From assembly GCF_006345805.1 (NCBI RefSeq), contig NC_042998.1, forward strand, positions 169,880,001-169,944,000: DNA of 64,000 nt. Direction: 5' to 3'. Each line of letters starts with the position of its first letter. Position 1 is the first letter of the stretch. A program made the translations under genes and the position numbers. Shown here piece by piece: positions 51,994 through 64,000 of this stretch. Below the pieces are notes generated by a model. That model was not told the origin of the DNA and did no database searches. It saw only the letters and a program-made list of their open reading frames with translations. The stretch is from Octopus sinensis. Lineage: Eukaryota.

Positions 51994-53309
51994 TAATATC
52001 TACAGTGTTCTATGTAAAGTAGTTTAATGTTAGGAAAGGCATCCATTATTAGAAACCATGCTAGAATAGAATATACAAGCAGAATGTGGTCCTTTTGTCC
52101 AGCTAAGAAGACATTAACTTCAAATAAGAACCGAATGACCTGTCCAATGAATGCTAGCTTGAAAAATGGATGCAAAATGATAATGATGAACACAAAACAT
52201 TTTGTGTGTCCCTACTGTAAGTAATTTTATAGAAGATTAAGCTAATCAAGTAAATAAATACATAAAATAATTATGCTACTTTCATATTTATTGGCTAACT
52301 GGGTCTAGATGTAACTATAAAAGGTCAAGGTTTAAATCCTGAACTTAAGTAGGATATTTAAAGTTCCAACTCTAGAAAATGGCATCATCTGATCAGCAAA
52401 TTAGTAAGTTAACATATAATAGTTGATAAGGTGCCAGGCAATAGTGTAGTACCAAATTGAGTGGCTTATATATTCATGTGTTCATTAAAGCTTTCTTAGA
52501 TATAAATTCTGTCGTGAAGTTAATTCTTTGTAAATTAAATAGTTAACAAAATCAAAGTATTTTACTCTCCTTTTGCATACTCTAACTGCAATAATCAATT
52601 GAAATTAATTGAAATGAAACTGTAGAGTAATTTGCAATTATTGATAAATCATTTTAATTACTGTTTCATTAATTTGGTGACTATATGTATAATGGTAAAG
52701 AGTATTTGCTAAAATAATTCTACAAGTGCCATAAATCATTGCCATATTATGGCATAAAAAAACAAAAAAAAAACATATAATAATATTTATTTTAATTGGG
52801 ATTGAGGATATTCCTATTTAACCATTTTGTGACCATATTTGTAATAAGAAAACTCTAAAAATTAAACAAAACACATGGTTAAGTAATAAAGAATTTTTTG
52901 AAAGAATACAGTAGAATAAACCATTTTCTTAACTTATTGGTGCATTAAGTTGATAAGACTTACCAAATAGAATTATGAAAGAACATTTAAAAAAATTTTT
53001 TACAAAATGAAATCTTTTATCAATTATAATTAGTAAAAATTCATTGAAATTTCAATTGAAATACAACACTAATGCAGGCTATTTGATGTAGGTTACAAAC
53101 ATGTAACTGGTGTATCAAAATGGTTGACTCAATAACAGAACTAATTAGTGATTGAAAAAAAAGAGAAAAAAATGTTCAATATTTTCTGCAAATGTCTAGG
53201 ATGTACCATTATTTTCAAAAGATCTTAACTGTTCACAACTGAAACTGATAAAGTTAAGTAAATTTAGTTACCTGATGAGTAGGTAAAATTTCTGCCTCAC
53301 ATCCATTAA

Positions 53310-53525
53310 ATAATAATAATCCTTTCTACTATAAGAACAGGGCCTAAAATTTGGGGAGAAGGGTTAAGTCGATTACATGAACTCCAGTGTGTAACTGGTA
53401 CTTATTTCACTGACACTGAAAGGATGAAAGGCAAAGTCGACCTCAGCAGAATTTGAGCATAAGGACAAATGGAATGCCACTATGCATTTTGCCTGGCATG
53501 CTAATGATTCTGCAAGCTTGCTGTC
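53310..53525 (-). mobile_element. SINE family B
   Basis: Reverse match to family B. Confidence 0.83.
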
Positions 53526-54566
53526 TTTTGGCACCAGGCCACACAATAATAATAACACTAATTAAATATAGCTGAAGCAGTGGACAGCATCAATTCTGGC
53601 TTCTTTCATTCTGAGTTCAAATCCCACTATAGCTTACTTGGGCAGTAAACATAATTGTCACCTGGTCTAACACCCCTACCACTTGACTCTTGAGTGTTTT
53701 CAATGGAGTCCACTTAAGTACAAGCATTCAGGTTAAGTCTCAGGTTTAAAGACATTTCCCTCCCATCCTCCTTCCTATCATCCCTTCCATCTGTCTTAGA
53801 GGTACTGAAAAAGGTCATGGGCACTGGTTTACTTCTAGACTACATGCAAAAAAAAAAAAAAATTAATAGGTTAAAAGAAAACTTGAAAAGTAAATTTTCT
53901 TGCAAATAATAAAAGTGGAAGATAAAGTAGTGATTGTGCCTATCAGGATGTATTTTTAGTAATTTATTATTCATGTCAGTACTATGTGTAATGTGTTTCC
54001 ACTCTATAAGCAATGACCATCATCAACATCTAATAGTTTAGATGTTTTCATAGGCCTCCAGTGCTTCTTAAAACAGTGATCCTTGAAATCAAAGCTTCAG
54101 CTGTCATGTTGAAAGTTAAACTTCAAGGTTTTGCAGAAAAGAAAATTTCCCCAAAGAAAACAATATTTTATTTGTATTATTGCAAGGAAATCTAGTACAC
54201 AGGACCTTATTAGCTTTTATTTTATTTAACAGGGCTTTTATTCAGCAAAATTAGAATGTATGGAAAACAAAAATATTGAAAGAGTATATATTATATATTT
54301 GCATGATATTCAAGTTGGTTTTCCACTAGTTTTAAAGTCAAGAATAAGACTTCTTCCAATATTCCTATGTACCAACCTAATAACACACACTGTTTGTTTT
54401 TTACTTCATCTTTGTTTTTGTACCTTATTTTTACATGTATGCATATGCTATCTCTCTCTCTCTCTCTCTCTCATAAGTCTGAGAATCAAAATCACAATTT
54501 TGCAATCATGAGTGCAACACTAACCACTAGACCATGTGCCTTCACCTTATGTATACATAATATATA

Positions 54567-55818
54567 CAGGGGTTGGACAAAATAATGGAAACACTTAGCA
54601 TCATAATTTTGAAATATCTATAAAACCATCAAAAGCTTGTTTATTTTTATGTTTTTTTGATTTATTATTACTGTTGCTTAATATGTTTTGCTAAAATTGC
54701 TGTTTCTTTTCAGCTATCATCAGAAAAAAGTAATTAAAATTCATTAAAATGTCAGATGTATCAGACTTTCAAAGAGGTCAAATTGTTGGTGCTCGTATGG
54801 CAGGCACTAGCATATTGAAAACAGCCAAAATGTTTGGTGTATCAAAAAGTAATGACAGCCTTTGAGAAAGAGAGGAAAACCTTCATGTTGAAACAAAACT
54901 CTGGAACAAAACCAAAACTTTCAAATAGGGACCATCGGACTCTTATGTGAATTGTTAGAAAGGATCACAAAAGTACAGCTCCCAAAATTACTGCAGAGCT
55001 TAATGACCACCTTGAGAACCCAGTTTCCACAAAAACTGTTTGCTAGGAGCTGCACAAAGCCAGATTTCATGGGAGGGCTGCAATCAGAAAACCACTGCTT
55101 TCAAAAACAAACATTGCAAAGCATTTAGAGTAGAGTAAAAATCTACAGAATTGATCCCTAGAGCAGTGGAAGAATGTTATTTTCTTGGACAAATCATCCT
55201 TTACCTCATTTCCAACCACAGCTGAGTATACGTGTGAAGACAGCCAAAAGAAGCATTTGACCCAGACTGCCTTCTTCCAACTGTTAAACATGGAGGAGGA
55301 TCTGTGATGATCTGATGGGGCTATATCTTGGAAATCTGCCAGCCCAATGGTTTCCTTTCATGGCAAAATTAATAGTCAAGACTATTTAAGCATTTTATCT
55401 GATCAAATTCATCTTATGGTTGCAGAACTATTTCTGGAGGGAAATGCAATCTTTCAAGATGATAATGCACCGATTCACACAGCTAAAGTTGTTACTGAAT
55501 GGCACAAGGAACTTTCTAGTGAAGTTGAACATCTTATCTGGCCACCACATTCCCCAGATTTCAATATTATTGAACATTTATGGTGCATTTTAGAAAAATA
55601 AGTAAGGAGGCAATATCCTCCACCATTATCACTAAAAGAACTGGAGACTGTTTTAGCTGAAGAATGGACAAAAATTCCTTTGGAAACAATTCAAACTTTG
55701 TATGAGTTCATGCCTCATAGAATTCAAGCTGTAATTGCTTCCAAAGGTGGTCCTACCTCATATTAAAATAAATTTGTTTAAAATTTTAAGCTGTTTCCAT
55801 TATTTTGTCCAACCCCTG
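54567..55818 (+). mobile_element. Full-length Tc1-family transposon, DD36E (Incomer-like), 1252 bp
   Basis: Perfect 27 bp TIRs CAGGGGTTGGACAAAATAATGGAAACA. Flanked by TA on the left and TG on the right, in a TA tract. Confidence 0.95.
54749..55766 (+). pseudogene. Tc1 transposase pseudogene
   Basis: Reads MSDVSDFQRGQIVGARMAG...RKPLL...WKNVIFLD...TVKHGGGSVM...FQDDNAPIH...WPPHSPDFNIIEHLW...KGGPTSY*, with several stops and frameshifts. Confidence 0.95.
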
Positions 55819-55950
55819 TGTGTATATATATATATATATATACATACATATATATATAAAGGATATATATATATATATAAGGGATATTAGATATCCAAAG
55901 AATTTACTGGGTTTTTTAAACCTATATAAATAACAATGTTATTTATTCGG

Positions 55951-56000
<50 letters not shown>

Positions 56001-56002
<2 letters not shown>

Positions 56003-56185
56003 TCATCATCGTTTAACGTCAGCTTTCCATGCTGGCATGGGTTGGACGATTTGACTGAGGTCTGGCGAACCAGATGGCTGCACCAGACTCCAATCTGATC
56101 TGGCAGAGTTTCTACAGCTGGATGCCCTTCTTAATGCCAACCACTCCACAAGTGTAGTGGGTGCTTTTACATGCCACCAGCATGT
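56001..56185 (-). mobile_element. RTE 3'UTR fragment inserted in (TA)n
   Basis: (CAT)n-CGTTTAACGTC...GGATGCCCTTC, a reverse match to 42110-42300. Confidence 0.88.
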
Positions 56186-56206
56186 AATATATAATATATT
56201 ATATAC

Positions 56207-56255
<49 letters not shown>

Positions 56256-56400
56256 CCATGTCTAGTTATATTTACAATATATTATGTATAATGTCTTTGC
56301 TGTTATGTAATGGTGTAATAAAGTATTGATTGGGTATTATCTGATGGTTGATGATTGATTGATTTAAGTATGTTTCTCCATTTTCTCATTTTGTATATAT

Positions 56401-56761
56401 ACTCTTTACTCTTTACTCTTTTACTTGTTTCAGTCATTTGACTGCGGCCATGCTGGAGCACCACCTTTTAGTACTTATTCTATCGGTCTCTTTTTGCCGA
56501 ACCGCTAAGTGACGGGGACGTAAACGCACCAGCATCGGTTGTCAAGCAATGCTAGGGGGACAAACACAAACACACACACATATACATATATATACATATA
56601 TACGACAGGCTTCTTTCAGTTTCCGTCTACCAAATCCACTCACAAGACATTGGTCGGCCCGGGGCTATAGCAGAAGACACTTGCCCAAGATGCCACGCAG
56701 TGGGACTGAACCCGCAATCGTGTGGTCGGTTAGCAAGCTACTTACCACACAGCCACTCCTG
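56401..56761 (-). mobile_element. SINE family A, young (CpG-rich), with an internal deletion
   Basis: Reverse match with a repeated (GAGTAAA)n tail. Confidence 0.93.
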
Positions 56762-56767
56762 TATATA

Positions 56768-56946
56768 TAAAATTGTGATTTTGATTCTCAAACTGAGTGG
56801 TGTGTTATATTCTTGAGCAAAACATATCATTTCATGTTTCTCTGCAATCATTTCAACATTTGACATGTGTAACACTTGTGCACCTATACAGGCAATGCTA
56901 TTTGATGGAGTGAGCGAGCTTATGTGAACACCATAATTTGATCACT
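56768..56946 (+). mobile_element. CORE-type SINE fragment with a third tail type
   Basis: TTCTTGAGCAAAACATATCATTTCA segment. A matching head fragment lies inverted at 54479-54545. Confidence 0.6.
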
Positions 56947-57180
56947 TACATACAAAAAATTTACTAGTTATGAGTACATTTCACCTTAGCTTGAAAATCT
57001 AAATGTATATGTATGCATGTGATTCTAAATAACATGGCTAAAACATATTAGCTTTGGGCTTTAAAGAGGAAAAGAATTTATGCAAAAGTATAAGATTACT
57101 TAATCATAATATCAGTTAATAGTTCTTTAACACCAAGTCAGCCTTGATTGAATGGACATATGATCAAATATATTTTAGCT

Positions 57181-57408
57181 CAGTGGTTCTCAACTGGGGT
57201 CCATATAAGATTTTGCTGTTAAAATTTATTAGCAATGGAGTGGTTATACTTTTACATTACACAAAATAATTTAAGAATTTTTTTTTATGCAATTCCTAAT
57301 AATAATTATAGAAATGTAATATTTTTAAAACATTGAATGGCTAGGAGGGTCCACTCGAATAAAATAAGAATCAAAGAGCTCCATGGGTAAAAAATGATTG
57401 AGAAACAG
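57181..57408. mobile_element. hAT/Charlie-type MITE nested in a family D repeat
   Basis: CAGTGGTTCTCAA...TTGAGAAACAG. The host repeat resumes on both sides with a degenerate duplicated target. Confidence 0.75.
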
Positions 57409-58520
57409 TTCCAGTTGTCACCATCCTGTCTTTCTGTATAACATCAAGAACTACATCATTTTAAGACAATGTGGTGGGAGTTGAAGATTTCAATGATATT
57501 TATAACAGTTTGAACAATCACATAGAATTTTCTTTGAGTGAATATGAAAAGAACTAGAGAAACTGGAATTAGTAAATACTGCACAATATTTCAAATATCC
57601 TTTATTTGCAATATCATTCTTTACTTTCAAGTAGGGGTTTAGAGGTCAATCAAACTTCTGTGTTCAAAGCCTATTATAGACAACAAGGCTTTAATATTCT
57701 AAAAAAAAAAACAAAAAAACATACAGTTTATGCTATAATATAAATGCTAAATTAAACCATTTTTGCTATATAAATTCAGATATTTTTTTAAATGCTCAAC
57801 CATTTATACCCATGCTCTTGCTCTATTTGGTCAAAGCTGACCAAAAATGACTAAAACTGAGATATGTGATGGAGACTCATAACTAGAATGTTGTAACACT
57901 AAATTTTACTGGTAACCAAATGAAGATCAAACCCTATCAAATGTTTACAAGAGGGTGATTATATTCATGGGATTACGAGCATGGCAGACTTTACAGCATT
58001 AATGCCAATGTCTGAGTCTAAGTACCATAGCGGTCAATTTTGCTTTTCATCCTTGGGGTCAGTAAAGTATGTAGCCAGTCAAGTACTGAGGTTGATGTAA
58101 ATGACTAATTCCTTTTCTGAAAATCCTGTCTGTGTACCTAAATCAAAAATCATTTGCAACAAGAAAAGATGGCAGCAGTTTTAGAATCAGTCGTGTACAG
58201 GTCTGCATGCCTTGCAATATGTTCTGGTTCAATTCCTGCTGAGATTGCTAAGATAAATATCAACCATGCAGTAAGGGCTGATTCAACTGAGAAGACTCAC
58301 CCCATACCAACTGTAGCCTAATATTTATGCGAGAAACCGTTAAAATTACAAAAGAAAAAAAAAAAAAAAAAGAAAACAGGAAAAAATGAAAAATCATAAT
58401 ATACATACAGTTTGTCATAATATTTTTTTGAAACAATCCCGAATATTACTTCATAAATAAAAACTTTTTGTTTATAGTTTTGAAAACAGATGTAATTAAA
58501 GTATTAAATCTGACATATAC

Positions 58521-58654
58521 CAAGGGCAGAGGTACAGTTTGTTTTCATAGTGACTTTTATTATGATCATCATCAAAAGGCAGTACATAGCAGTTGATAGT
58601 ATTGCTCCCATATCTGGGATGCTGCTGCTGCTGTACAGACATCCTAAACCACTT
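58521..58654 (-). CDS. Candidate exon, possibly a first coding exon with a signal-peptide-like sequence
   Basis: Acceptor cctttctttag| and donor TTG|GTATAT. ATG at 58611 gives MGAILSTAMYCLLMMIIIKVTMKTNCTSAL with a phase-1 end. A second frame (MSVQQQQHPRYGSN...) is also open. Confidence 0.35.
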
Positions 58655-58924
58655 CTAAAGAAAGGCCACTTGACAGATTGATATAACATCATTATAGATA
58701 TGTTGTTTCCTCTCTCCCTTTTCTACCATTACTATTATGGTTTCTGATAGCTAATCTTGTGTCACCTTCACTCAAACACTATCAGCTCAGTTGTTTCTCA
58801 TCACCCATATTGTGTCCAACATCACTTGCTCTAAGCTAACCACTACTACCAATCTTTTCTTCCAAGAAAGTCATCCCCTGAAACTCCCCCCACCCTGCAT
58901 ATATCTTTCTTTTAGATATTGACT

Positions 58925-59318
58925 TCATCATCATCATTTAATGCCTACTGTTCCATGCTCACATGGGTCAGACAGAATATGTTGAGGTAGATTTTTCAAT
59001 GGCTGTCATCACTCTTCACTTTTTTCTAAGTAAAGTAATATTTCCCTGGGGCCAGACGTTTTTCACAGAAGACTGGAAACAAACAAAATTACTTGAATGA
59101 TGGTGATGCTTGCTCATAACCATCACACACACACACACAGACACATGCACACACTAGGGGCTTCTTTCAGTTTCTGTCTATTAAATTCACTCACAAAGAT
59201 TTGGTTGGCCTGGTGCTATTGTAGAAGACACTTGCTCAAAGTACCATGCAGTGGGACTGAACCCGAAACCATATGGTTGGGAAATAGGCTTCTTAACCAC
59301 ACAGTCATGCCTCCACCT
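58925..59318 (-). mobile_element. SINE family A'
   Basis: (CAT)n RTE tail, (CA)n and the A head. Confidence 0.83.
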
Positions 59319-59709
59319 ATACACAGTAGTTTAAGCAGAGCATTAACAGCATCAATCTTATAGAATCTTCAAAGGTGATTAGCACTTTACCTTTCTTCAG
59401 ACCCAACAAAAGACAAAAAAATTGCATACAGTTAGAGCCTTACAGTATTTATTTATATCCCTGCATGTTCTGAGTTGAAATTCCACCTACAGTTAATAAA
59501 ATAAATGTCCATGCTGTGCTAATTGAATTGATTATATCCACATCTGGAATTTGTGAATCTTGTATTATTAAGAAATTACTATGAGATAAGATAGAAAAGC
59601 AGAAACATGAGGTTACTGGATTGAAGTTCAAATCTTCTCAGGCACAACTTGGCCTTTCATTCTTCATGTATCAAAATAATTGATGTATTCTATAAATTTA
59701 TAGTTCTAG

Positions 59710-60068
59710 AAGAATTGTTAGTACACAGGGCAAAATGCTTAGTGGCATTTTGTCTGTCTTTAAGTTCTAAGTTTAAATTTTGCCGAAGTTGACTTTGTTT
59801 TTCATCCTTTCAGGGTCAATAAAATATGTACCAGTCGTGCACAGGGGTTGATGTAATCGACTTACATCTCCTGAAATTGCTTGCCTTGCACCAAAGTGCA
59901 TAGAGGTATTTCATCTGTCTTTACATTCTGAGTTCAAATTCTGCCAAGGTTGATTAGCCTTTCATCCTTTTGGGGTCAATAAAAAAGTACCAGTTGATCA
60001 CTGGGGTTGATGTAATCAACTCATCCCCTCCCCCAAATTTGCTGCCCTTGTGGCAAAATTTGAAATCA
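59710..60068 (+). mobile_element. Head-to-tail dimer of SINE family B
   Basis: Two consecutive bodies at about 59710-59897 and 59898-60068, with a third remnant at about 59620-59690. Confidence 0.83.
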
Positions 60069-61359
60069 TCATTATTATTATCTATTTATTTATTTATTTA
60101 TACTGTAATCTGAATGTCTTTATTTTCAAAAAGATTCATCTCCTCTCATATTTTAGCCAGTATATTTTCCTGATGTATATTTGCTATACTTCTACACTCA
60201 TAATTGTACTGAACAGCAAATGAGGAATGCTGGATGAAAAAGTTTAAAGTTCTGTCAAAGAAGATATGGAGAGATGTAGTAATATCAAATCTCAGAACTT
60301 TTAGCCTCAGGGATAAGATGACAAAAGACCACAATGAATGAGGATAATGCTATACAAATCAATTTACCCAAATCATACTAATATGGAGAAATGACACTAC
60401 CATCATTACAACAATAATAGTAATGATGATACATACTCATGTGGTTGGAATAAACTCAAACCTTTTTATTTCTAATATTATGATTAGAAAGAAAAAAATA
60501 AAGGAAAAACACAGAAGGTAAAACATATGCTCATTTAAAAATGATCTATCATACGTGCATGGATTAAACAACCAGAACATAATTTATGGATACATTTTGA
60601 AAGGACAAGAAATTGATTTTTTTTACTCCTCATAAAGACAATTATGCAGAATATAGCTGATGGAACATGAAAGACTCCAATACATTTGGACTAAAGAATA
60701 ATGACATATAGCTGTTTCTGTTAACTCTATCCCCCTTGAACAAACAAAATGCCAGACATAAACTTAAATGATATGCTACTTATTTATGTAAAAAAGACTG
60801 GGGGATGGGGCTCATTTCAAAAACCAAATCAAACTTTTCTGTACATTTGGGCTGCATATGTTACATATGTATGCATGCTTTTACTAACTACCCTAATTAA
60901 CAGTTCTATCCAGCTTCTCACTTATTGACAATGGATAGTGCACTTATTAAGGAACATGAATGTTCTTTATTCTCATTTCAGCTGTCTCAGAGCTGAGCTA
61001 CCACCTGCAGGCAGAATAAATGGAAAAGCATGAAAAAATGTGCAGTGTGTATTCAGCAAAATACATTTGGCCAACAATTCAAAAAAACGTAAGTACACTG
61101 TTGTTTTGCTTCTCAACACAAGAATAAGAAGCTTTACAGCTTCTCTAAAATACATTTCATGGTGAAATGTTTCATTACAGTTTTAGATAAGAAACTGACT
61201 TAACAGTCATCAGTTATTATGCTATTATTTATCTCATTTGCTTTTCAAGCCAAGCTAATAAGATTGTATTTGTTATTATTTTATTTTTCAATCTCAAGTC
61301 AGAAACAACCAATATAAATCCCACTTGACTAAATAAGAATCTATTAAAAAAAAATCTAT

Positions 61360-61806
61360 AGGTGCAGGTATGTTTTTGGGGTAAGAAATTTGCTCCCAAA
61401 CCACATGGTTTCAGGTTCAGACCCACTACATGACACTTTGGGCAAGTGACTTCTACTACAGTCTTGGTCCAACCAAAGCCTTGTGAGTGGATTTGAAAGA
61501 TGGAAACTGAAAGCAACCCATCATTTGTAAATATATAAGTATGTGTCTGTGTGTGTGTGTGTGTGTGAGTGTGTGAGTGTGTGTGCACATGCATCTGTCT
61601 GTGTCCTCTACCAGTGCTTGACAACCAGTGTTGGTGTGTTTACATCCATGTAACTTAGTGGTTTGGTAAAAGAAACTGACAGAATAAGTGCAAGGCTTAA
61701 AAAAAGATACTGGGGTTGCTTTGTTTGACTAAAATTTTTCAAGGTAATACTCCAGCATGGCTGCAGTATAATGATTTATAATGACTGGAACAAGTGAAAA
61801 GGTAAA
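61360..61806 (+). mobile_element. SINE family A
   Basis: Head to tail match with internal (TG)n. Confidence 0.9.
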
Positions 61807-63507
61807 AAGGAATTTTGGTAACACTCTTTACATTAAAAAATCAATTTCTCTAAAGTTTGCTAGTATCATTCAAACATCAATTTAAGTTAAACACTCCATT
61901 CAGCAGAAAGTTTAAATAAATTCCAAGTACACTTAATTATTATAAACACTAAATATGACTAAACATTCAGAAAAAAAAATTGGATAATAGCATTGTGCTC
62001 ACTTTCAAGACAATCGATCTCAAAGATCAGAGCTAAAAAGTGCTCCTTTCCTGAAATTGCCTTTTTTTTTCTCTTTTGTATATACTTCCTACATAGTTCA
62101 GTTTATAAGTATTCTATAGAAACAACTTCTCTTTGGAAGAATATTCCTATATTAGTTTCAAACATTCTTCTTTCTAACTGTTTCCTGTTCTACCAAATAA
62201 ACCATTAGTATGGTGCCATTAGTAGATCTGTAAAGATTGGTGTGTAGCCATATCTTTTTCAATATCATAAATAGAATCCTCTAGTGTGGAATATTATTCC
62301 ATGGACTTTTGGTATTGAAACTTTAGTTCCTAAAGTTCTTTGTTGTTATGTAATAAAATTTAGAAGGGGAACATTAAAACAGTAGGATACTAACTGAATG
62401 ACAGCATGCTAGACTTATGTAATCTGAGGAGCTCCTTTCAAGTTCTTTTACACTTTTCTGTATTTGTACTAACCAATGTCTCACTACACTTCTTAGGCTG
62501 TCATGAAAAATATACAGCAGTAATCAATCTAACTTTGATAAGAATGATGTATCTGCATGTACAATAGTCGACAGGCATATTTACAGGCAATCATAACAGG
62601 TTTTAAGGCCAAATCCCCGTCCCCTATTCAAGTTAGAATCAACATAGAACAACTGAAACAGAATATTAGAGGAAAATAGGAATCAAATGTAGACATCTTC
62701 ACAGAAAATATGGCTTAGAAATATTTTAAAAAGTGAATAAAAAGAGAAAAAACTTTTAGTGCCATTACATTTAACAGCTCCCTTCAACATCACCAACAGC
62801 TGTGTTAAGGAAACAGTGTCAGAATTTCAACATATATACCTAGAGCTATTAACACAGTTGGGGGTAGGCCTCTTTAATATTCATCCCAAAGTTTGACAAT
62901 GGGAAATAGCAGCTGGATAGACAAGCTTATTCTGTGACATTCTGCATGTGGTAGAATGTTTCTTATTAAAAGGAGTAGAGGAGTGTACAATACTATCATA
63001 ATTTCTAATGATATCTTGTGGTGACTTACTTATGAAATATTGTCAGAAAATGCATTACAAACAAAAAAAGTCTTTTACAAATGAGAAAACATCAACTCTG
63101 ACCAATGGTTGATCATCTACAAAAGAAGTGTGGCCCTAGATTGCTTACACATCTAGGAAAATGCCACTGCTACAGGCTTAAACAGCCTGTATTTAAAAAC
63201 AAAATGCATCTGGCTTATTGGCAAACACTTGCGAACAAGCTGTAACCATTGGCTGACAGATGCACCATTTTTTTCTCTGCCTCTTCTACTTCAACTACCA
63301 GTTAATGATCTTCTGAAGTAGCAAGCAGCATGCTTCCTCCATCATGACCCAGACACACCTGTTTCTCCTCTTGTCAATATTTCCACTATGTTACCTCTCA
63401 GATTTCTCCTAACTTCCCACATGTAAACATTCAAATCAATATTCAAGCACTACTAAATGATTTGGAGAAGTTGGGAGGAAAAATGGTTAGGAAATTAATT
63501 CCACTAT

Positions 63508-63549
<42 letters not shown>

Positions 63550-63551
<2 letters not shown>

Positions 63552-63785
63552 AAAATGGCAAGACAACAAAAGAATGAAAGAGACCTCGATATTATGCAAA
63601 TAGAGGAATTTATCTGTAAATGTAATATGTGACAATTATTCGTTAGCTATGATGAAATTCCGAGTTTTGGATGCCAATGTGGAAATCCACACCCTGAAGA
63701 GATGGCGGTGTGGATTTCCACCTTGGCATCCAAAACTCGGAGCTTTATCATGGCTAATGAATAATTGTCACATATTACATTAACA
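63550..63785. mobile_element. Penelope-like remnant with a 79 bp inverted repeat
   Basis: Arms 63615-63693 and 63707-63785 match at 72/79 positions around the loop CTGAAGAGATGGC. (TA)n on both sides and one extended arm. Confidence 0.6.
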
Positions 63786-64000
63786 TATATATATATATAT
63801 ATATATATTTGGCTAAAGACCTTAATACCTGATCAAGTTGTCAGGACACCATTGTGATACGATATGTACCAGGCTTCTTAAAATGTTGCATTTGAATGTT
63901 TGAACTCAGTCTCTGCTAATGCTCCTGCTATCTAGTTATTATTATTATTTTTTCTTTTTGTCCATCCAGTTTTTCTTTCGTTTTTATTTTGTCCCCATTT

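Overview
AT-rich, repeat-dense animal DNA, not prokaryotic. The SINE, RTE and MITE repertoire suggests an octopus (coleoid cephalopod) genome; this is inferred from recognising the repeats, not from a search. There is no intact long CDS. Most ORFs in the track are SINE or microsatellite read-through. The window holds dozens of tRNA-derived SINE copies with modular, swapped tails, RTE/CR1/I-type LINE fragments, and hAT and piggyBac-type MITEs. It also holds a full-length decayed Tc1 element with DD36E spacing (54567-55818), mariner relics including a fold-back derivative (14972-15853), a Helitron helicase relic, and two long palindromes inside (TA)n tracts that resemble Penelope-type inverted ends with degenerate hammerhead-like cores. 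Systematic CpG decay and a few small minus-strand exon candidates suggest the long introns of a methylated, minus-strand gene, which I cannot identify. Repeat family letters (A, A', B, D, E) are my own labels, and repeat boundaries are approximate unless TIRs or TSDs are quoted.
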